The notes under the pieces were generated by a model. That model was not told the origin of the DNA. It worked only from the letters and a program-made list of their open reading frames with translations, and ran no database searches. A DNA stretch of 63,929 bases, filler included, from Reclinomonas americana ATCC 50394 (lineage: Eukaryota), in assembly GCA_048213135.1 (NCBI GenBank). It is 19 parts of 19 records of this genome, joined end to end, with 100 filler letters (N's around TTAATTAATTAA, not from the genome) between each part and the next. Parts side by side here need not be neighbours in the genome. Positions count along the whole stretch, not along the records: positions 1 to 2,056 come from AFZH01020482.1; positions 2,157 to 3,300 come from AFZH01020483.1; positions 3,401 to 8,928 come from AFZH01020484.1; positions 9,029 to 10,118 come from AFZH01020485.1; positions 10,219 to 11,497 come from AFZH01020486.1; positions 11,598 to 13,625 come from AFZH01020487.1; positions 13,726 to 18,295 come from AFZH01020488.1; positions 18,396 to 20,648 come from AFZH01020489.1; 11 more parts are not named here. The stretch is one strand, 5' to 3'. Below are positions 1 through 20,414 of this stretch, in pieces (position 1 is the stretch's first letter; each line of letters opens with the position of its first letter). The position numbers and the translations under genes are program-made.

Positions 1-125
1 CCCTTCGCCCCTTCTCTCTCTTCCTCTCCCCCTTCTCCCTCTTCCTCTCCCTCTTCCTCTCTCCCGTCCCTTCCCCCTCTCCCCCTTCCCCTCCATTCCC
101 TTTCCCTTCTTCTCCTCCTTCCCCT

Positions 126-1858
126 TCATTCCTCCTCCCCCACCACCAACGAATGCGCCCTCCCACACGCCACTGCCACCACACGCCGCGCGCCGCGCAC
201 CTCTACCCGCGCCGGCCGCTCCAGGCAGAACGGCCGCTCCACCCCACACTGCCCGTACACCGAGCTTCCGAATGCATACAAGCGACCCGACTCGGTCACC
301 AACAGCGTGTGCTCGGCACCGCACGCCGCGCTCACCACCGGCTCGTCGAGCTTCAACACGCGCGTGAAAACTGCGGCATCGTCGCTGCTGCCGTTGCCGA
401 GGTTGCCGCCGTACGCCCCATTGCCAATGTCGCCCTTGCTGCACCATAACACACGTGTGATGAGCATCAGAGCACGCAAACACAAACGCACGCATACAGA
501 CGCGCGAGCAAGAGAGACATCAAAGGGCAAAGCTGCTTCGATAAGGGCCACACACACCCTCACGCATATACACATTATCGCAAGCATACACACACACACA
601 CACACGCTGTCTTTCGGCGCCAATGCGTCGACTATCTTTTTCTCCATTTCCTCCTTCTCTCCCTTCTGTTGCTTTCTCCCCCTTCGCTCCCTGTCTCACC
701 TCCCACCCAGTCGCCGTTGCTCTCCCCTCTTTCTCGGTTTCTTCCTATTTCCATGTTGCCCTCTCCTCCTTCGCTGTCTCACGTCCTAAACACTCGCCAG
801 TGCTCCTCCCCTTCAGTTTTCTTTCTCTTTCCCACGTGCAAGAGAAACATCAAAAGCGCAAAGCTATTATGATTACGGTCACGCACCCGCACGCAAACAC
901 CTCGCCCTCCTCCGAAACGGCCAACGAGTGAAACGCGCCGGCCGCCACCGCCCGCACACGCACCGACACGGGCGCACCACTCTCGTCGACAAACGGCACC
1001 GTAGCAGCCTGTGCGCACAGCTTCCCATCCTGCTCCACACTCTCCATCACACTCTCCGTGTGCCCGAGCCCGAGCGCGCCATTCCCATTCGTTCCAAACC
1101 CATACACGCGACCGTCACGCGCGCTCACCAACAGCGCGTGGTGGCCACCAGCCGCCACATCCACAACCTGCCAGCAGAAGCATGGGCACCACGCGAGGAA
1201 GGATCCCGCGTGTACACCATACCTTGTCATCGTCACTGACATGCACAGCCGAGTAACCACCGCGACTCCAGCCCGCCATGACCACTTGCGACCCGTCCTC
1301 CGACAGGAACAATGAGTGACTGATGCCAGCGGCCACCTTGCGCACAGCAAAGGGAAGCTGCAGTTGCACCGGGTCCGCAGCACACTCGCCCTCGATGCCC
1401 AGTCGACCATGCGCGTTGGTGCCTTTGACAAGTGATCAGTCATCGGAACAAGAAAAGGTAGATTGTATGCAGTGTCACTTACCGCATGCCCACACATGAC
1501 CGTCCTCCGTCACCAACAGTGTATGATAGGCGCCACATGCAACGTCGCAGACACGCACGTCTTCTGGCAACACAAAACGTCGCCATGTTTCGGCAGAGGA
1601 GGGTGGCACTTGTCCATAGCGCGAGTGCCCTGCTCCCCATGCGCTCCCGTCACTGAGCACGCACACAGAGTGCTCCAGGCCACATGCAACAGCACTGCAG
1701 CAGAGTGAGAGCAAAGGAAAAGAGTCAAGAGAATCGCGAGAGTTGGAGACTGACCGGCATGTCGCACTGGCGAATGCCTCGCAGCGTGTAAAGGCCGATG
1801 GTGTGTCACTGCTTCCACACTGGCCATATTCGTTGCTGCCTGCTGCCCACAATGCCAT
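126..1858 (-). CDS. RCC1-repeat (beta-propeller) protein, spliced; 3' end probably runs off the window
   Basis: ATG at 1858 (MALWAAGSNEYGQCG). Repeated RCC1 motifs VACGLEHS, VACGAYHT, VAAGISHS, VAAGGHHA, VAAGAFHS, AACGAEHT and VACGRAHS are joined by in-phase GT-AG introns. Confidence 0.85.
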
Positions 1859-2056
1859 GTCTTGTGCGAAGGTGTAAGAAAGTAGAGAAGGATGAAATGT
1901 CCTGCGTGTTTGTTACGGCATTGTAACTGTGAGTTCTGATGGTGATCGTTGCCTTGGGGGCCGTTGGACATAGCTGATCAGCGCATTGTCCCACAACGGG
2001 TAAAGGGTCAAGGGTCAAGGGTAGAGAAACAACGATTCCACGCGTGCGATGAGGCA

Positions 2057-2156
2057 NNNNNNNNNNNNNNNNNNNNNNNNNNNNNNNNNNNNNNNNNNNN
2101 TTAATTAATTAANNNNNNNNNNNNNNNNNNNNNNNNNNNNNNNNNNNNNNNNNNNN
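2057..2156. other. Artificial assembly spacer N-TTAATTAATTAA-N (first of 18)
   Basis: An identical 100-nt N block with an all-frame stop linker recurs at about 3301, 8929, 10119, 11498, 13626, 18296, 20649, 22402, 28364, 38298, 40384, 47468, 50090, 51769, 56197, 57452 and 62753. Several genes continue collinearly across these gaps. Confidence 0.97.
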
Positions 2157-2720
2157 TGTAGGGTAGAAAAAGACGCTGATCACACTCACGAATCGGTTCA
2201 AGGGTAAAGGGTTGAGGAAGACACTGATTTCACGTGATTTCAATGCAAATGGACAAATTTAGGCAAGGCGCTGATCAGCTTTATCCAATGACCGTGTTGG
2301 GCGTCCATCTGTCTATCTCTCTCTCTCTCATTCTCTTTCTCTGTCAGCTTCTCGGCAGTCAACAATTGCAAGAGAATTCGCTGCGAATTCGCTGCCACAC
2401 ACACACACAAGGAACCAGCTGCTGCCTCATGATTGGTGTTTGTGTAGATGTTTTGGATACGGTTGGACTTGGTCATCAAGACAGCTATTGCTTGTTGGTG
2501 AATGAATTGTTGTCGTCGCACTGACGTTTTTTCGCACTTTTGCTTGCTTCTGCTCCACTGGTAAACGCGTCGTAGTATGCAAAGGCAGAGTGTGTGTCAC
2601 TGCCTCCACACCGACCGTACTCGTTGCTCACTGCTGCCCACAACAAGGCCATTTCTTAATCTTTGCGACGTCGGTGAGAAGGACGACAATGTCCTGCGCG
2701 TTTGTTTTGTGTTGCTTGCC

Positions 2721-3158
2721 ATGTCAGACGCAGCAAGTGGATCTTCTGCACCTGTTGCAGCTTCTGATGATGCTCGTTACGTGTTTCATACTCTGTCAGC
2801 TCCACTGGCAATCAAACACAGAAGTCTGACGTTTTTTCCGTCGCGCTCTTGCTTGCCTTGTGTGTGTGTGTGTGTGCGTACAACAGAGAAGCTGCCAGTG
2901 ACTGTGCTGTCAGGCTTTCTGGGAGCTGGAAAGGTACTGTGGTGGAGAGTGGATGCTTTGTGTCTGTGCATGTGCATCTGCACATGGCGACACTCTCACA
3001 CTCACAGCCTCTTGCACGCATTTGCTCTCTGTTGCTCTCTCCTGCTCTCTCTCCTGCTGCTTATTGCTCTCTTTTGCTTCCTCTTGCACTCACTTTCACA
3101 CTCTTTCTCACTCTTTTACACTCTTTCACACTCTTTCTCACTCTACACTTCTCTGGTG

Positions 3159-3207
<49 letters not shown>

Positions 3208-6200
3208 GTGTGCGTCTCTCTCGTACGTAGTCGGTGTACGTCTTTCCTTCGTTGTCGTCCTACTAGTACGTCTCGTACTCTTACTTACTACTTCCTTACC
3301 NNNNNNNNNNNNNNNNNNNNNNNNNNNNNNNNNNNNNNNNNNNNTTAATTAATTAANNNNNNNNNNNNNNNNNNNNNNNNNNNNNNNNNNNNNNNNNNNN
3401 CCTCCGTGTGCGTTCGGTCGAGTCTACACGAGAGAGAGAGAGAGAGAGAGAGAGAGCGTGTGTGCGTCTCCTCTCGTACAAGTCGGTGAGCTTTCTCTTG
3501 TGCCTCTGAAGCTCTGTCTCTTACAATCTCTTTCCTCACTAACTTCTCTCTCGGTCACTTCCCCTTCTCTCTTTTTCCGTCTCTTCTCTCTCAGTCTCTC
3601 TCTCTCACACACACCCTCTCCTTCACTCTCTCTCTCTCTCTCTCCTCTCTTTCTCTCTTTGCTCACCTGCTTGTGTGCCACAGACAACGCTGCTGAACTT
3701 CCTGCTGACCAACCGCGAAGGCCTCAAGATCGCTCTCATTGTCAACGACATGAGCGAAGGTCAGTGAGATGCAGAGATGCGCACAGATGCAGACTCCGAG
3801 TCGTGACTGATGCACTGGTGATTTTTCCTCGTTTGATGCAGTCAACATTGATGCGCACCTGGTGGGGCGAGGTGATGCAGCGCTGAGTCGAGTGGAGGAG
3901 AAGATGGTGGAGTTGTCGAATGGGTGCATTTGCTGCACGTTGAGGGAGGTGAGGTGATGAAGGGGAAGGGAGGGGCGAGGGGAAGGAGAAGGGAAAGAGA
4001 GGGAGAAGAATTAATCATGATGAATGAGGAAAGGAGAGAGAAGGGAGAGAAGGATGATCATGATGACAGGGGAAAGAGTGATCATGGAAGCTCTTTCGCT
4101 CCGTACTTGATCGGAGAAACCATAGGAGAAAGAGTTGCCACGAGAGTGAGCGAAGAGGTGAGGAACAAGTCGTGCCTCTTGTCAGATACAGCCTTGGTTT
4201 CTCTTCCGCTTCTTGTTTCTTTCACCCTCAGTTTTCGACTTCATTGCATGAGAGAAACGACGAAGCGAGCTGGAGAGAAGAGAGAGAGAGAGAGAAACGA
4301 GCTGGAGCATTCATTCTTATCTTCCCCTTGCATAAGAGAGACAGAAGCACAACTTCTTCACCTCTTCCCTCGCTCGTCGACTTATCCCTTCTTTGGCGAT
4401 GCGAGAAAAAGGAGACAGCAAGAGAAGAATAGAAGGTATGAGAGACAGCGCGCAAGAGAGATGGAACAGCTTTGACCTCTCCTTCACTCTCCAACTCCTC
4501 GTGCGAAAAGAGAGAGAAGATGAAAAGATCAGAAGACAAGAATAAGGAAGAAGAAGGAGCAGAAGAAGAAGGGATGGACGGGAGTTTACCTCTACTTCTT
4601 GTCTCTCATGCATTGGAGAGACTCGGAACATAACTCTTCTTTCGCTCTCTCGTTTATAGACATTTCTCTTCTTCGAGTACACTGAGAGAGCAAGAAAGAA
4701 AAACGAAAGGGCGACTGTGCTATTCCTTCACTCGTCCGCTTCTCATTTCCTGAAATGCAAGAAAGAGAGCAAGAAAAGTAGAATAGACAGAAGTACACGA
4801 GTGGAAGAAGACCTTCGTCTCTCAGTCCCTCTCGGGCTCTCGTTCACTCTACTCATCTTGTGTTCGGAGACACGGAAGAAAGGAGAGAGAGAGACAGAGA
4901 GAAAGAAATGAGAAGAGTTTACCGCTCCTCACTCTCACTCCTCCTTCTTTGAAAGGACAGTAGAACAACAACAGGAGAACAGAGAGTGAAGGCAAGAAGT
5001 AGAGGAGCACGAATATCTCCCTCCTAGCTCCTTATTTCTCTTTCACTCAACGAAACGAGTGATAAACGGACGAAGATGCGGGACCATCTACCTTCGTCTC
5101 GTCTTCATCCAGGGAAGAAGTATGTTCTGCAAGTCCCCCCTTCCTCCTTTCCCTATTTTCCCCTTTCCCCTTTCCTTCCCCCATCCTTCCCCTTTCTCTT
5201 CCCTCACCCTTCCCCCTTTCCCTTCCCCTCTTCCAGGACCTCCTTCTGGAGGTCGCAAAACTCGCCGGCGAAAAACGCTTCGACTACCTGGTGATCGAGG
5301 GCACCGGCGTCGCCGAACCCATGCCCGTCGCCGAGGCCTTCACCTTTGAGATCCCCGGCTACAAGGCGCTGTCGGAGGTGGCCCGCCTCGACACCATGGT
5401 CACGGTGGTGGACGCGCGCAACTTCCCGCGCGACCTCGCCTCGGACGAGTCGCTGCGCGATCGGCACGGCGCCGAGGTCGCCGACGAGGACGATCGGAAC
5501 GTGGTGGACCTGCTGATTGACCAGATCGAGTTCTCCAACGTCATCATCATCAACAAGTGCGACCTGGTGGACGAGGAGGACATTGGCCGGCTGGAGTCGA
5601 TTTGCCGCAAGCTCAACCCCGACGCCAAGATCATCCGCTCCTCCTTCTCTCGCGTGCCACCCACCGAGATCCTCAACACGCGCATGTTTGACTTTTCCAA
5701 GGCCGCCACGGCGCCCGGTTGGTTGAAGGAGCTGCGCGGGACGCACGTGCCGGAGACGGTCGAGTATGGTTTGTTTGTGAGGAAGAAGGAGGGTAATAGG
5801 GAAAGGAAAGAGAACTGAGACTTGTAATCGCAGGCATCAACAGCTTTGTGTACCGTCGGCGGCGGCCCTTCCACCCGCAGCGTATCTGGGATGCGGTGCA
5901 GGAGGGTGACCTGGGCGACAATCTCATTCGCTCCAAGGTATGTGAAGAAAAGGGATCACACGCATTGCCCGCCCAGCTCATTCCCATCTATTGCAGGGCT
6001 TCTTCTGGCTGGCCACACGCAATCAGGAGTACGGCGAGTGGGGGCAAGCGGGCGAGGTATTCCGCTTCGAGTATGGTGGCGAGTGGTTTGCGGCGGTGCC
6101 GCAGGAGGAGTGGGTGGTCGACAATCCGGAGGTGATTGCCGATGTGATGCGCGATTTTGATCCGGATCCGGCCATTGGTGATCGGCGGCAGGAGGTGCGG

Positions 6201-8207
6201 AGAAGGGGAAGGGGTGGGGGAAAGGGAGGGGAGAGAATGAGGAGAAGGGAGGGGAGGAGAGAGGGGAAGGATAGAGTAGAGGCTGGGGATGGAGTGGGGT
6301 GGGGAGAGGATGAGAAGGGTGCATGTGAATTCTGTGCTGTGCTGTGCTGTGCTGTGCTGTGCTGTGCTGTGCTGTGCTGTGCAGTTCTCTGCTTTGCTGC
6401 TGTGCTGCTTTGCTGTGCTGTTCCGTGTGGTGTTATGCGCTATGCTGTTCAATGCAGTGCTGTGCTGTGCTCTGCTCTGCTGTGTTGACGGAGGAGACAG
6501 TGGCTGGGTACAGTGGGGATGAGTGTTGAGGATGAGGAACGGGGAGAGAGTGAGAAAGTTAGGAGAGCTTTATATGTCTGTGGTGCGATGCTCTTCTCTG
6601 ATGTGCTGTGCTGTACTGTGCTGTACTTAAGTGTGCTGTGTAGTGGTGTGAATGTGTGCTGTTCTCTGTTGTGTTGTGATGTGTTCTGCTGGTCCGTGCT
6701 GTGTTGCGCTGTGCTGTGCTGTGCTGCGCTGTGCTCGGCTGTGCTCTGCTGTGCTGTTCTGAGCAGTGATGTGAATACTATGCCGATCTGCTTTGTTCTG
6801 CTCTGCTGTGTTGAGGGAGAGAGAGAGTGGCTGGGCACAGTGGGGATGAGTGTTGAGGAGGAGGAACGGGGAGAGAGTGAGCGAGCAAGTGATGCGACGG
6901 GAGCATGCTTGTGTGTCTGTGGTGTGCTGCTATGCTGTGCTCTTTTGTTCTGCTCTGCTGAGAAAGAGAGAAAGAGAGAGAGAGCGGGTGGCTGGTGAAG
7001 AAGGTGATACATTGGGATAAGTGTTGAAGATGAAGAGCGGGGAGAGTGAGAAAGTGAGGAGATGGGTGCGTGCATGTATCTGTGGTGTGTGGCGCTCTAC
7101 TCTGATGTGCTGTGCTGTTCTGTGCTGTGCTTGTGTGCTGTGCAGTGGTGTGGTTGTGTGCTGTTCTCAGTTGTGCTGTGATGTGTTCTGTTCTGCTGCT
7201 GTGCTGTGTTGTGCTGTGCTGATCTGTTCTGAATGTGCTCTGCTCTGCTGCCCTGCTGTGCGGTGGTTCGCTGCGATGTACTCCGCTCTGCTGTGCTGTG
7301 CCTTCCTGGATGATCGCATGTCACAGGAAATAGTTTGATGAGAGAAATTCCTTTTATATCTTTTATATCTTCTTCCACCTCTGCTCCCCCTTTCCCTCCC
7401 TCCCCCCTTTCTCCCTTGCGCTCACTCCTTCCCCTACGGCGCAGCTCGTGTTCATCGGCCAGGAGATCTCGAAGGAGCTGATCGAGTCGGTGCTGGATCG
7501 GTGTCTGTTGACCGACGACGAGTTTGCCGCCGGACCGGAGGCGTGGAAGGAGTTTGAGGATCCGTTCGACTCGTGGGATGATGATGACGAGGAGGAGGAG
7601 GGCGGTGATGACGACGACGAGGCTGCTGGTGGTGCGGGTGCCAGTGGTTCTGGTTCGGCTTCGGGCTCTGGCTCACGGCATGTGCATGGTGAGGAATTGG
7701 TGAAGAAGGCTTCTCTCTTTCTCTTTCTCTCGATGAATCTGCGTATGTCTGTTTGAGCGTGTTGACTCTGTTTCTTTCTCGTTCTTGGTGTTCCTATTGA
7801 TCTTTTCTCGAGGTCCTTTGCGTGTAGGTGCGTGTGCTCTCTCATTCTCTACGTTTCTCGTTTTTTCCTCTCGCTCTCTGTCACTCTCTCGATATTTTAC
7901 TGTCTCGTCGTGTGATGTTCTCTCTGTTCGTACATTATATGTGCGCGATGCTCTTTCGTCCTTTGGCTCTGTCTCTCTCTTTCTCCCTCGATGTCCCCTC
8001 ACGTGCCCTTTCTTCTTCGACGCACATATTGTCTGTCTCTCGCTGTGTGTCGGTGCTCTCTCGTGCTTTGGCTCTCTTATTTTCTTCCGTGTGTGCGCGC
8101 GTCGTACTCTTGTTCTTTTGACTCGCTCGGTCTTCTCTGTGTTTCGCTCTCCTTTCGCATCTAGCTCATCATTACGTGTCTGCGCAGGCCCAGGATGCCG
8201 CCATTGA
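2721..8207 (+). CDS. COG0523/CobW-family G3E GTPase (zinc metallochaperone, YciC/ZigA-like), spliced
   Basis: Motifs [20 protein letters not shown] (Walker A), [20 protein letters not shown] (CxCC), LVIEGTG and INKCDL. The CobW-C region reads [34 protein letters not shown] and GDRRQELVFIG. An acidic tail ends HVHGPGCRH, TGA at 8205-8207. Confidence 0.92.
6325..7305. repeat. (TGTGC)n pentanucleotide satellite with longer duplicated blocks, intronic
   Basis: tgtgc arrays and a recurring block resembling gatgagtgttgaggatgaggaacggggagagagtgag inside the CobW intron 6196-7444. Confidence 0.8.
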
Positions 8208-8334
8208 GAGACTGTGTGCGGCGACCAGTGTCTCCAAATTGCAGAAATGAAACAGCAACAAGAACAACAAAAGATGACTGACTTCAGAAACTTCACTATT
8301 GAGGGGGAGGAGAAAGAAACGCAGTCCGCGATGC

Positions 8335-10661
<2,327 letters not shown>

Positions 10662-11282
10662 CTCTCTCTGGTCGCTGCGTGACTGGGTGTGTGTGACTGA
10701 TTCGGTCCTGTTGCGTGTCCTTGCGCTTTGACTTGCATCGACGTTCATGTGGCGAGCGAAAGGGCCTGTCAACGTAAAAGGCATAATGTGCTGCATGATT
10801 GGGCTGGTTCCCATGCCTGCAGCGGAACCTGCCGCCAAGGCTAAGAATAAGAAGGCCGCTAACCTCCAAAGAGGATTATCTGCCAGACGTTCGTCTGTTT
10901 CGCACCCAATCGGTACAGAAACGTATGGACCCTCTCCTCTTCAGTAAGGACGCCCTATCCCAACGACAGAACTTGACAACTGCCACTGCGACGTCGATTC
11001 CTGCTCCCGTGACATTTCACCCTATTCCTTCACCCTCACTCCCTCATCCTTGCATCTACGACCCTCAGCAGACCAGTCGAAATCACTCAAGATGGTGATC
11101 ATCATGCAGCTGTTGCTCCCCGTGCCGTTTGCACGCCTGCGACTTTCTCGCTTGACACCACCCAAGGAGCGAGTCGCAACGTGCCCATGGCCACGCAGCT
11201 GGCGATGGTGGTAGACCGCTCGAGCTCGGAATTGGACCGTCACTCGTACCCATCGACAATCAGCGGCGACTCCAAGCGGCAT

Positions 11283-11497
11283 CTCCACCCTCCACCCTCG
11301 ATCCTCAACCCTGTACCCTCCACCCTCAACCCTCCACCCTCCACCCTCCACCCTCCACCCTCCACCTTCCACCCTCCACCCTCAACCCTCAATCCTCCAC
11401 CCTCAACCCTCCACCCTCAACCCTCAACCCTCGACCCTCAACCCTCAACCCTCCACCCTCCACCCTCAACCCTCCACCCTCCACCCTCAACCCTCAA
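11283..11497. repeat. Heptamer satellite (CCCTCCA/CCCTCAA)n, telomere-like
   Basis: About 30 tandem 7-nt units running into a gap; reverse complement TGGAGGG/TTGAGGG. Confidence 0.8.
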
Positions 11498-11773
11498 NNN
11501 NNNNNNNNNNNNNNNNNNNNNNNNNNNNNNNNNNNNNNNNNTTAATTAATTAANNNNNNNNNNNNNNNNNNNNNNNNNNNNNNNNNNNNNNNNNNNNTCG
11601 CTCTCTCTCTCTCTCTCTCTCTCTCACTCACTCTCTCTCTCTCTCTCTCTCTCCCCATTTCCCCATCTCCTTCAAGCGCTCCTCTAATAATTGCCTGTTG
11701 CGACTGCATCCCTCCCTCCCCCTCCCCCCTCCTCTCTCTCTCCTCCCCCCTCCTTCCCCTTCGGGCACGCAAC

Positions 11774-16922
<5,149 letters not shown>

Positions 16923-17041
16923 TGTTGGTGTGTGTGCTGCTGTTGTTGTCTGCAACAAGAGTGAGCGTGTGTGATTTGCGCGTGGACAGATGGCATTGTC
17001 CATTGTGCTCATTGATTGTCCGTGCGGAGGAAAATGCGAGA

Positions 17042-18230
17042 ATGGGCAATCGGCTGGCAGAGTGCGCGAGTTGCCTTGTTGCTTGGTTGGCGTCTGCAGT
17101 GCAAACAGCAGGTAGTTCTGCCAGTGTGCCATGGCCCGTCTCCGTTCATTTGCTCATGTTTTGCTGAGCACCATTCTTGCTATGCGTGCGCATGCCGCAG
17201 CGCGCCACGCACTGGGGCTTCAAGGCGCGTAGCGATATTTGTGCCCGAGCAATGGCCCTGACGATAACATATTTGTGGGAGGATATGACAACTTTTTGCC
17301 GTGGATCACTCACCGAGCCGACGAAAGTTTACAAGACCTGCCACTTGCCGGATTCGACCAAATCCCGACGTCTTCCAACACCACAGGAGCCAAGAACACC
17401 CCATGTCAGTCACCAAGGACACACAGTCGTGCACGTCGTGTATGGAGCGACAGCAGTGCTTCCATGTAAGTGACGAGCAGAAAACGTACACAGCATCAAA
17501 TCTGGATTGCTCACCATCGTGCTCCACGCAGCTGCCCTGCGGGCACTTCCTCTGCGATGATGTCATTGTGCAAGAGTTCGTGCGCTTGACCAGGGTGGAT
17601 CAGATGACGCTTCAGCCTCTGACGTGCATTGCTACTGGCTGTGGCCGTGAGTTCATATTTGGCCCCATGCTGATGCATACGTGTCTCGACAAACACATGT
17701 TCTCTCTTTTTCGCTTGCAGGAGATATTCCCTTCCAGGTGATGCAGGCTGCGCTGTCGCGCCAGCAGCTGCACATGTACGAAGAACATCTGAACGGCATG
17801 TTTGCCGGTCATCTCCGACGCGCTAAGAAGTGTCCTGGATGCCAGGATATGTGCGTGCGGGCCGACCATTCAGGTACATAGATAATGCTCTCCTCCCTCC
17901 CTCTTGAGCTCGAGCTCATTGAGGCTTCTGTCTTGTTCTGTGATCGCCTGTCAATCCTCGCTTCCGTGTTTCCTCATCCAGCATCATCGCTCACACTCTC
18001 CCTCCACAGAACGCTACGTTCGATGCGCCTGCTGCACACACACCTCGGGCAGTTTCGTGCTCCCCGTATTCGTACGCGACTGCTTTTGCAACCTTCACCT
18101 TCACTCACGAGTGTACGCAGTCGGCTTCGATTTCTGCTTCTGGTGTGTCAAGACACAGGCCGAGTGTGAGGCAGTGGGCACATGCCGCGCCGATCCGGAT
18201 TTGCTTCAATTGGCTGACTGCGAGCTCAAG
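17042..18230 (+). CDS. RBR-type (RING1-IBR) E3 ligase-like protein; 3' end truncated by gap, 5' exons uncertain
   Basis: Spliced RING1 SCTSCMERQQCFH|LPCGHFLC...LTCIATGC and IBR-like KKCPGC..VRCACC..FCFWC. Lies head-to-head with WDR1. Confidence 0.65.
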
Positions 18231-18250
18231 GTGAGGAACACATGAGAGGT

Positions 18251-18295
<45 letters not shown>

Positions 18296-18969
18296 NNNNN
18301 NNNNNNNNNNNNNNNNNNNNNNNNNNNNNNNNNNNNNNNTTAATTAATTAANNNNNNNNNNNNNNNNNNNNNNNNNNNNNNNNNNNNNNNNNNNNACAAC
18401 AATCTGACCATAGCCGATATCCACCTGCATCGGCGCCGCATCCACAGCGGCCGCGGGTGCACCAACGGCGGGTGGAGCGTCCAATACTGGCATTCCGCGC
18501 TGCCCACCGTACATTGACGCCGCCCTGACAAGCAAATCACTGGGAGCGCCTGGCACCCGCTTGTGTCTGTCGCGCACGGAGGACACTCTTGCTGATGTCA
18601 CCACCGCCTTCACCATCTCCAGCGTTGCCCTGTTTCGCTCGGCAAACGCTGAAAATTGCTGTTTATGCTGACGCCGTGCCTCCCGCGCGCCGATAGCCGA
18701 AAAAATCGGCTGATAGTGCCCTCCGGCGAGCGCAACCGGCAACATGTGGATGATGAGCTCGCTGTTCCTCCAGACAACCGCACTGCTACTGAGGACGTGC
18801 AGATGAATTTGCACCAGTGGCCTGCGACTACACACACCGCACCTGGAAAAAGGAGCGCAGTGCCTCCATGTCCAACGACCCTGCGCGACCACAAAAGTAG
18901 CACATCAACAGTGAACAACAGTAATGCGGTACTTCAGGTGAAGGTAGAATAAGGGTTCACTACCACGAA

Positions 18970-19860
18970 TCACCAACACGACAGGTTGAAAGGGTTCTTA
19001 ACATCAGGGTACAACTTCTGTATGTCTTTTTTCACCTCTTCCACGTGAGCTACCTTGTAGGCCAGATACAGCTCCTCAGAGTGCTCCTTGGCGTGTCTTG
19101 CTACCGAACTAGAAAACTTCACATGTGGCCTGTGGTAGCCAGCACGTATGTGTGCAGACTGATGCAAATATCCGTGCTTGAATTCTCCACCACGGAGAGT
19201 GCAATCTTCTCTACACACGAGGCACGTCGCGTGTGTGTACACCACACAATTACGAACATCTCTCTTCGGAAGCTCTGGCTTGTCTACAGGGTGCCTTATT
19301 ATTCCCTTCCGTACGGCATCCCTGTACAAACCAGGATACTTGTCAGCAGCTGAGCGCATTGAGTCCTTGATCACTCTGCGAAAAGAATGGAATTGACACA
19401 ACGTGAGCACGCGGAAGTGGCAACGACGCGTGAGAGGCAACACGACGACTCACCGCAGTTGAAATCCGTGCTCAAGGACCCAGAGGAAATCACACTTGTC
19501 GTGATACACTCCCGATGTCACCTTGTTGGACACCGTCCGACCGCTGTTGCGGGGCAGCTCTTCCAAAAATTTCTCGTACACCTTCTCGCGAGTGAGCTCG
19601 CTGGGGCGCTGTCGCTTGTTGGGGGGTTCGTCAGGGCCGGCACCACCACCACCGCCAGCATCGTCAGCAGCAGCACCGTCGGCCGCCGGTTCCTCGTCTC
19701 CGTCGACGGGCATCGCACCATCTGCCCCCTTATCCCCATCATCGGCGTCCTTGCACCTTCTGGCTCACGAGGACGCTTTTGACCATGGCGAAGATCGCGA
19801 GATCCAGATCTAGATGCAGAGCAGAGCACGTCGAACGCCGATACTGGCCGCTTCTCCACG
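18970..19860 (-). mobile_element. Possible DNA-transposon-derived BED zinc-finger gene, apparently frameshifted
   Basis: ATCLVCRED...SSSVARHAKEH resembles a BED finger (CxxC..RHxxxH). It has NLS-like KRPRE/KRQRP motifs, a frame break near 19750 and lower GC than neighbouring genes. Confidence 0.35.
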
Positions 19861-20004
19861 GCGTCAAACTCAACTGGCGAGACACAGAGATGTGAGCATC
19901 ACCACGGCAGGCGACAGAACACCATGCATGCACATGCAGCACTCAAACGTGCACTCCTTACCGATGATGCAGTTCATCGTCACGTTGATTCTTGAGTTGC
20001 CTGG

Positions 20005-20414
20005 GGGGAGCGGCGGCCATTGACCTTGGCCTCGGCCGTTCCACTGCACTCCCAAGAGCGTTCCGACGGGGAACTCGTTGATTGCTCTCCTGCAAATACA
20101 GTGAGTGATATGTCAAGTGCAACAACATGCACTCAAGCTCACTTTGGCTTTATCCAGTACGCCTGCAGCCTCCATTCATGACCAGGCGGGAGCCGCGCCA
20201 AACCTCCATTCAACTCATCAAGGCAGGACAGCTTCAGGTCTTCGAGGGACGTGCTGTAGACCACCACCCAGTTGCGCGCCTCAGACGACTGCAGCGCCCA
20301 GCAGTCCAAGAGCCCTTGCTTACTGGCATCTGCCATCAGCGTGCGTCGCAGCTCGCCGAGCCTGGCAGCAGGAATCAGCATGTACACAAGCGTGATGTCG
20401 TCCTCGTCGGCCAT
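20005..20414 (-). CDS. Hypothetical protein fragment
   Basis: MADEDDITLVYMLIPAARL...YWIKPK followed by a GTGAG donor and a downstream CAG acceptor; no recognised domain. Confidence 0.3.

Noticed and set aside
2101..2112. Palindromic TTAATTAATTAA motif recurring 18 times
   Set aside because: Always centred in an N block; it is an artificial all-frame stop spacer, not biology.
3924..5100. Many ORF-track ORFs made of ER/LS/CAV repeats
   Set aside because: They are translations of intronic microsatellites or antisense shadows of GC-rich exons.
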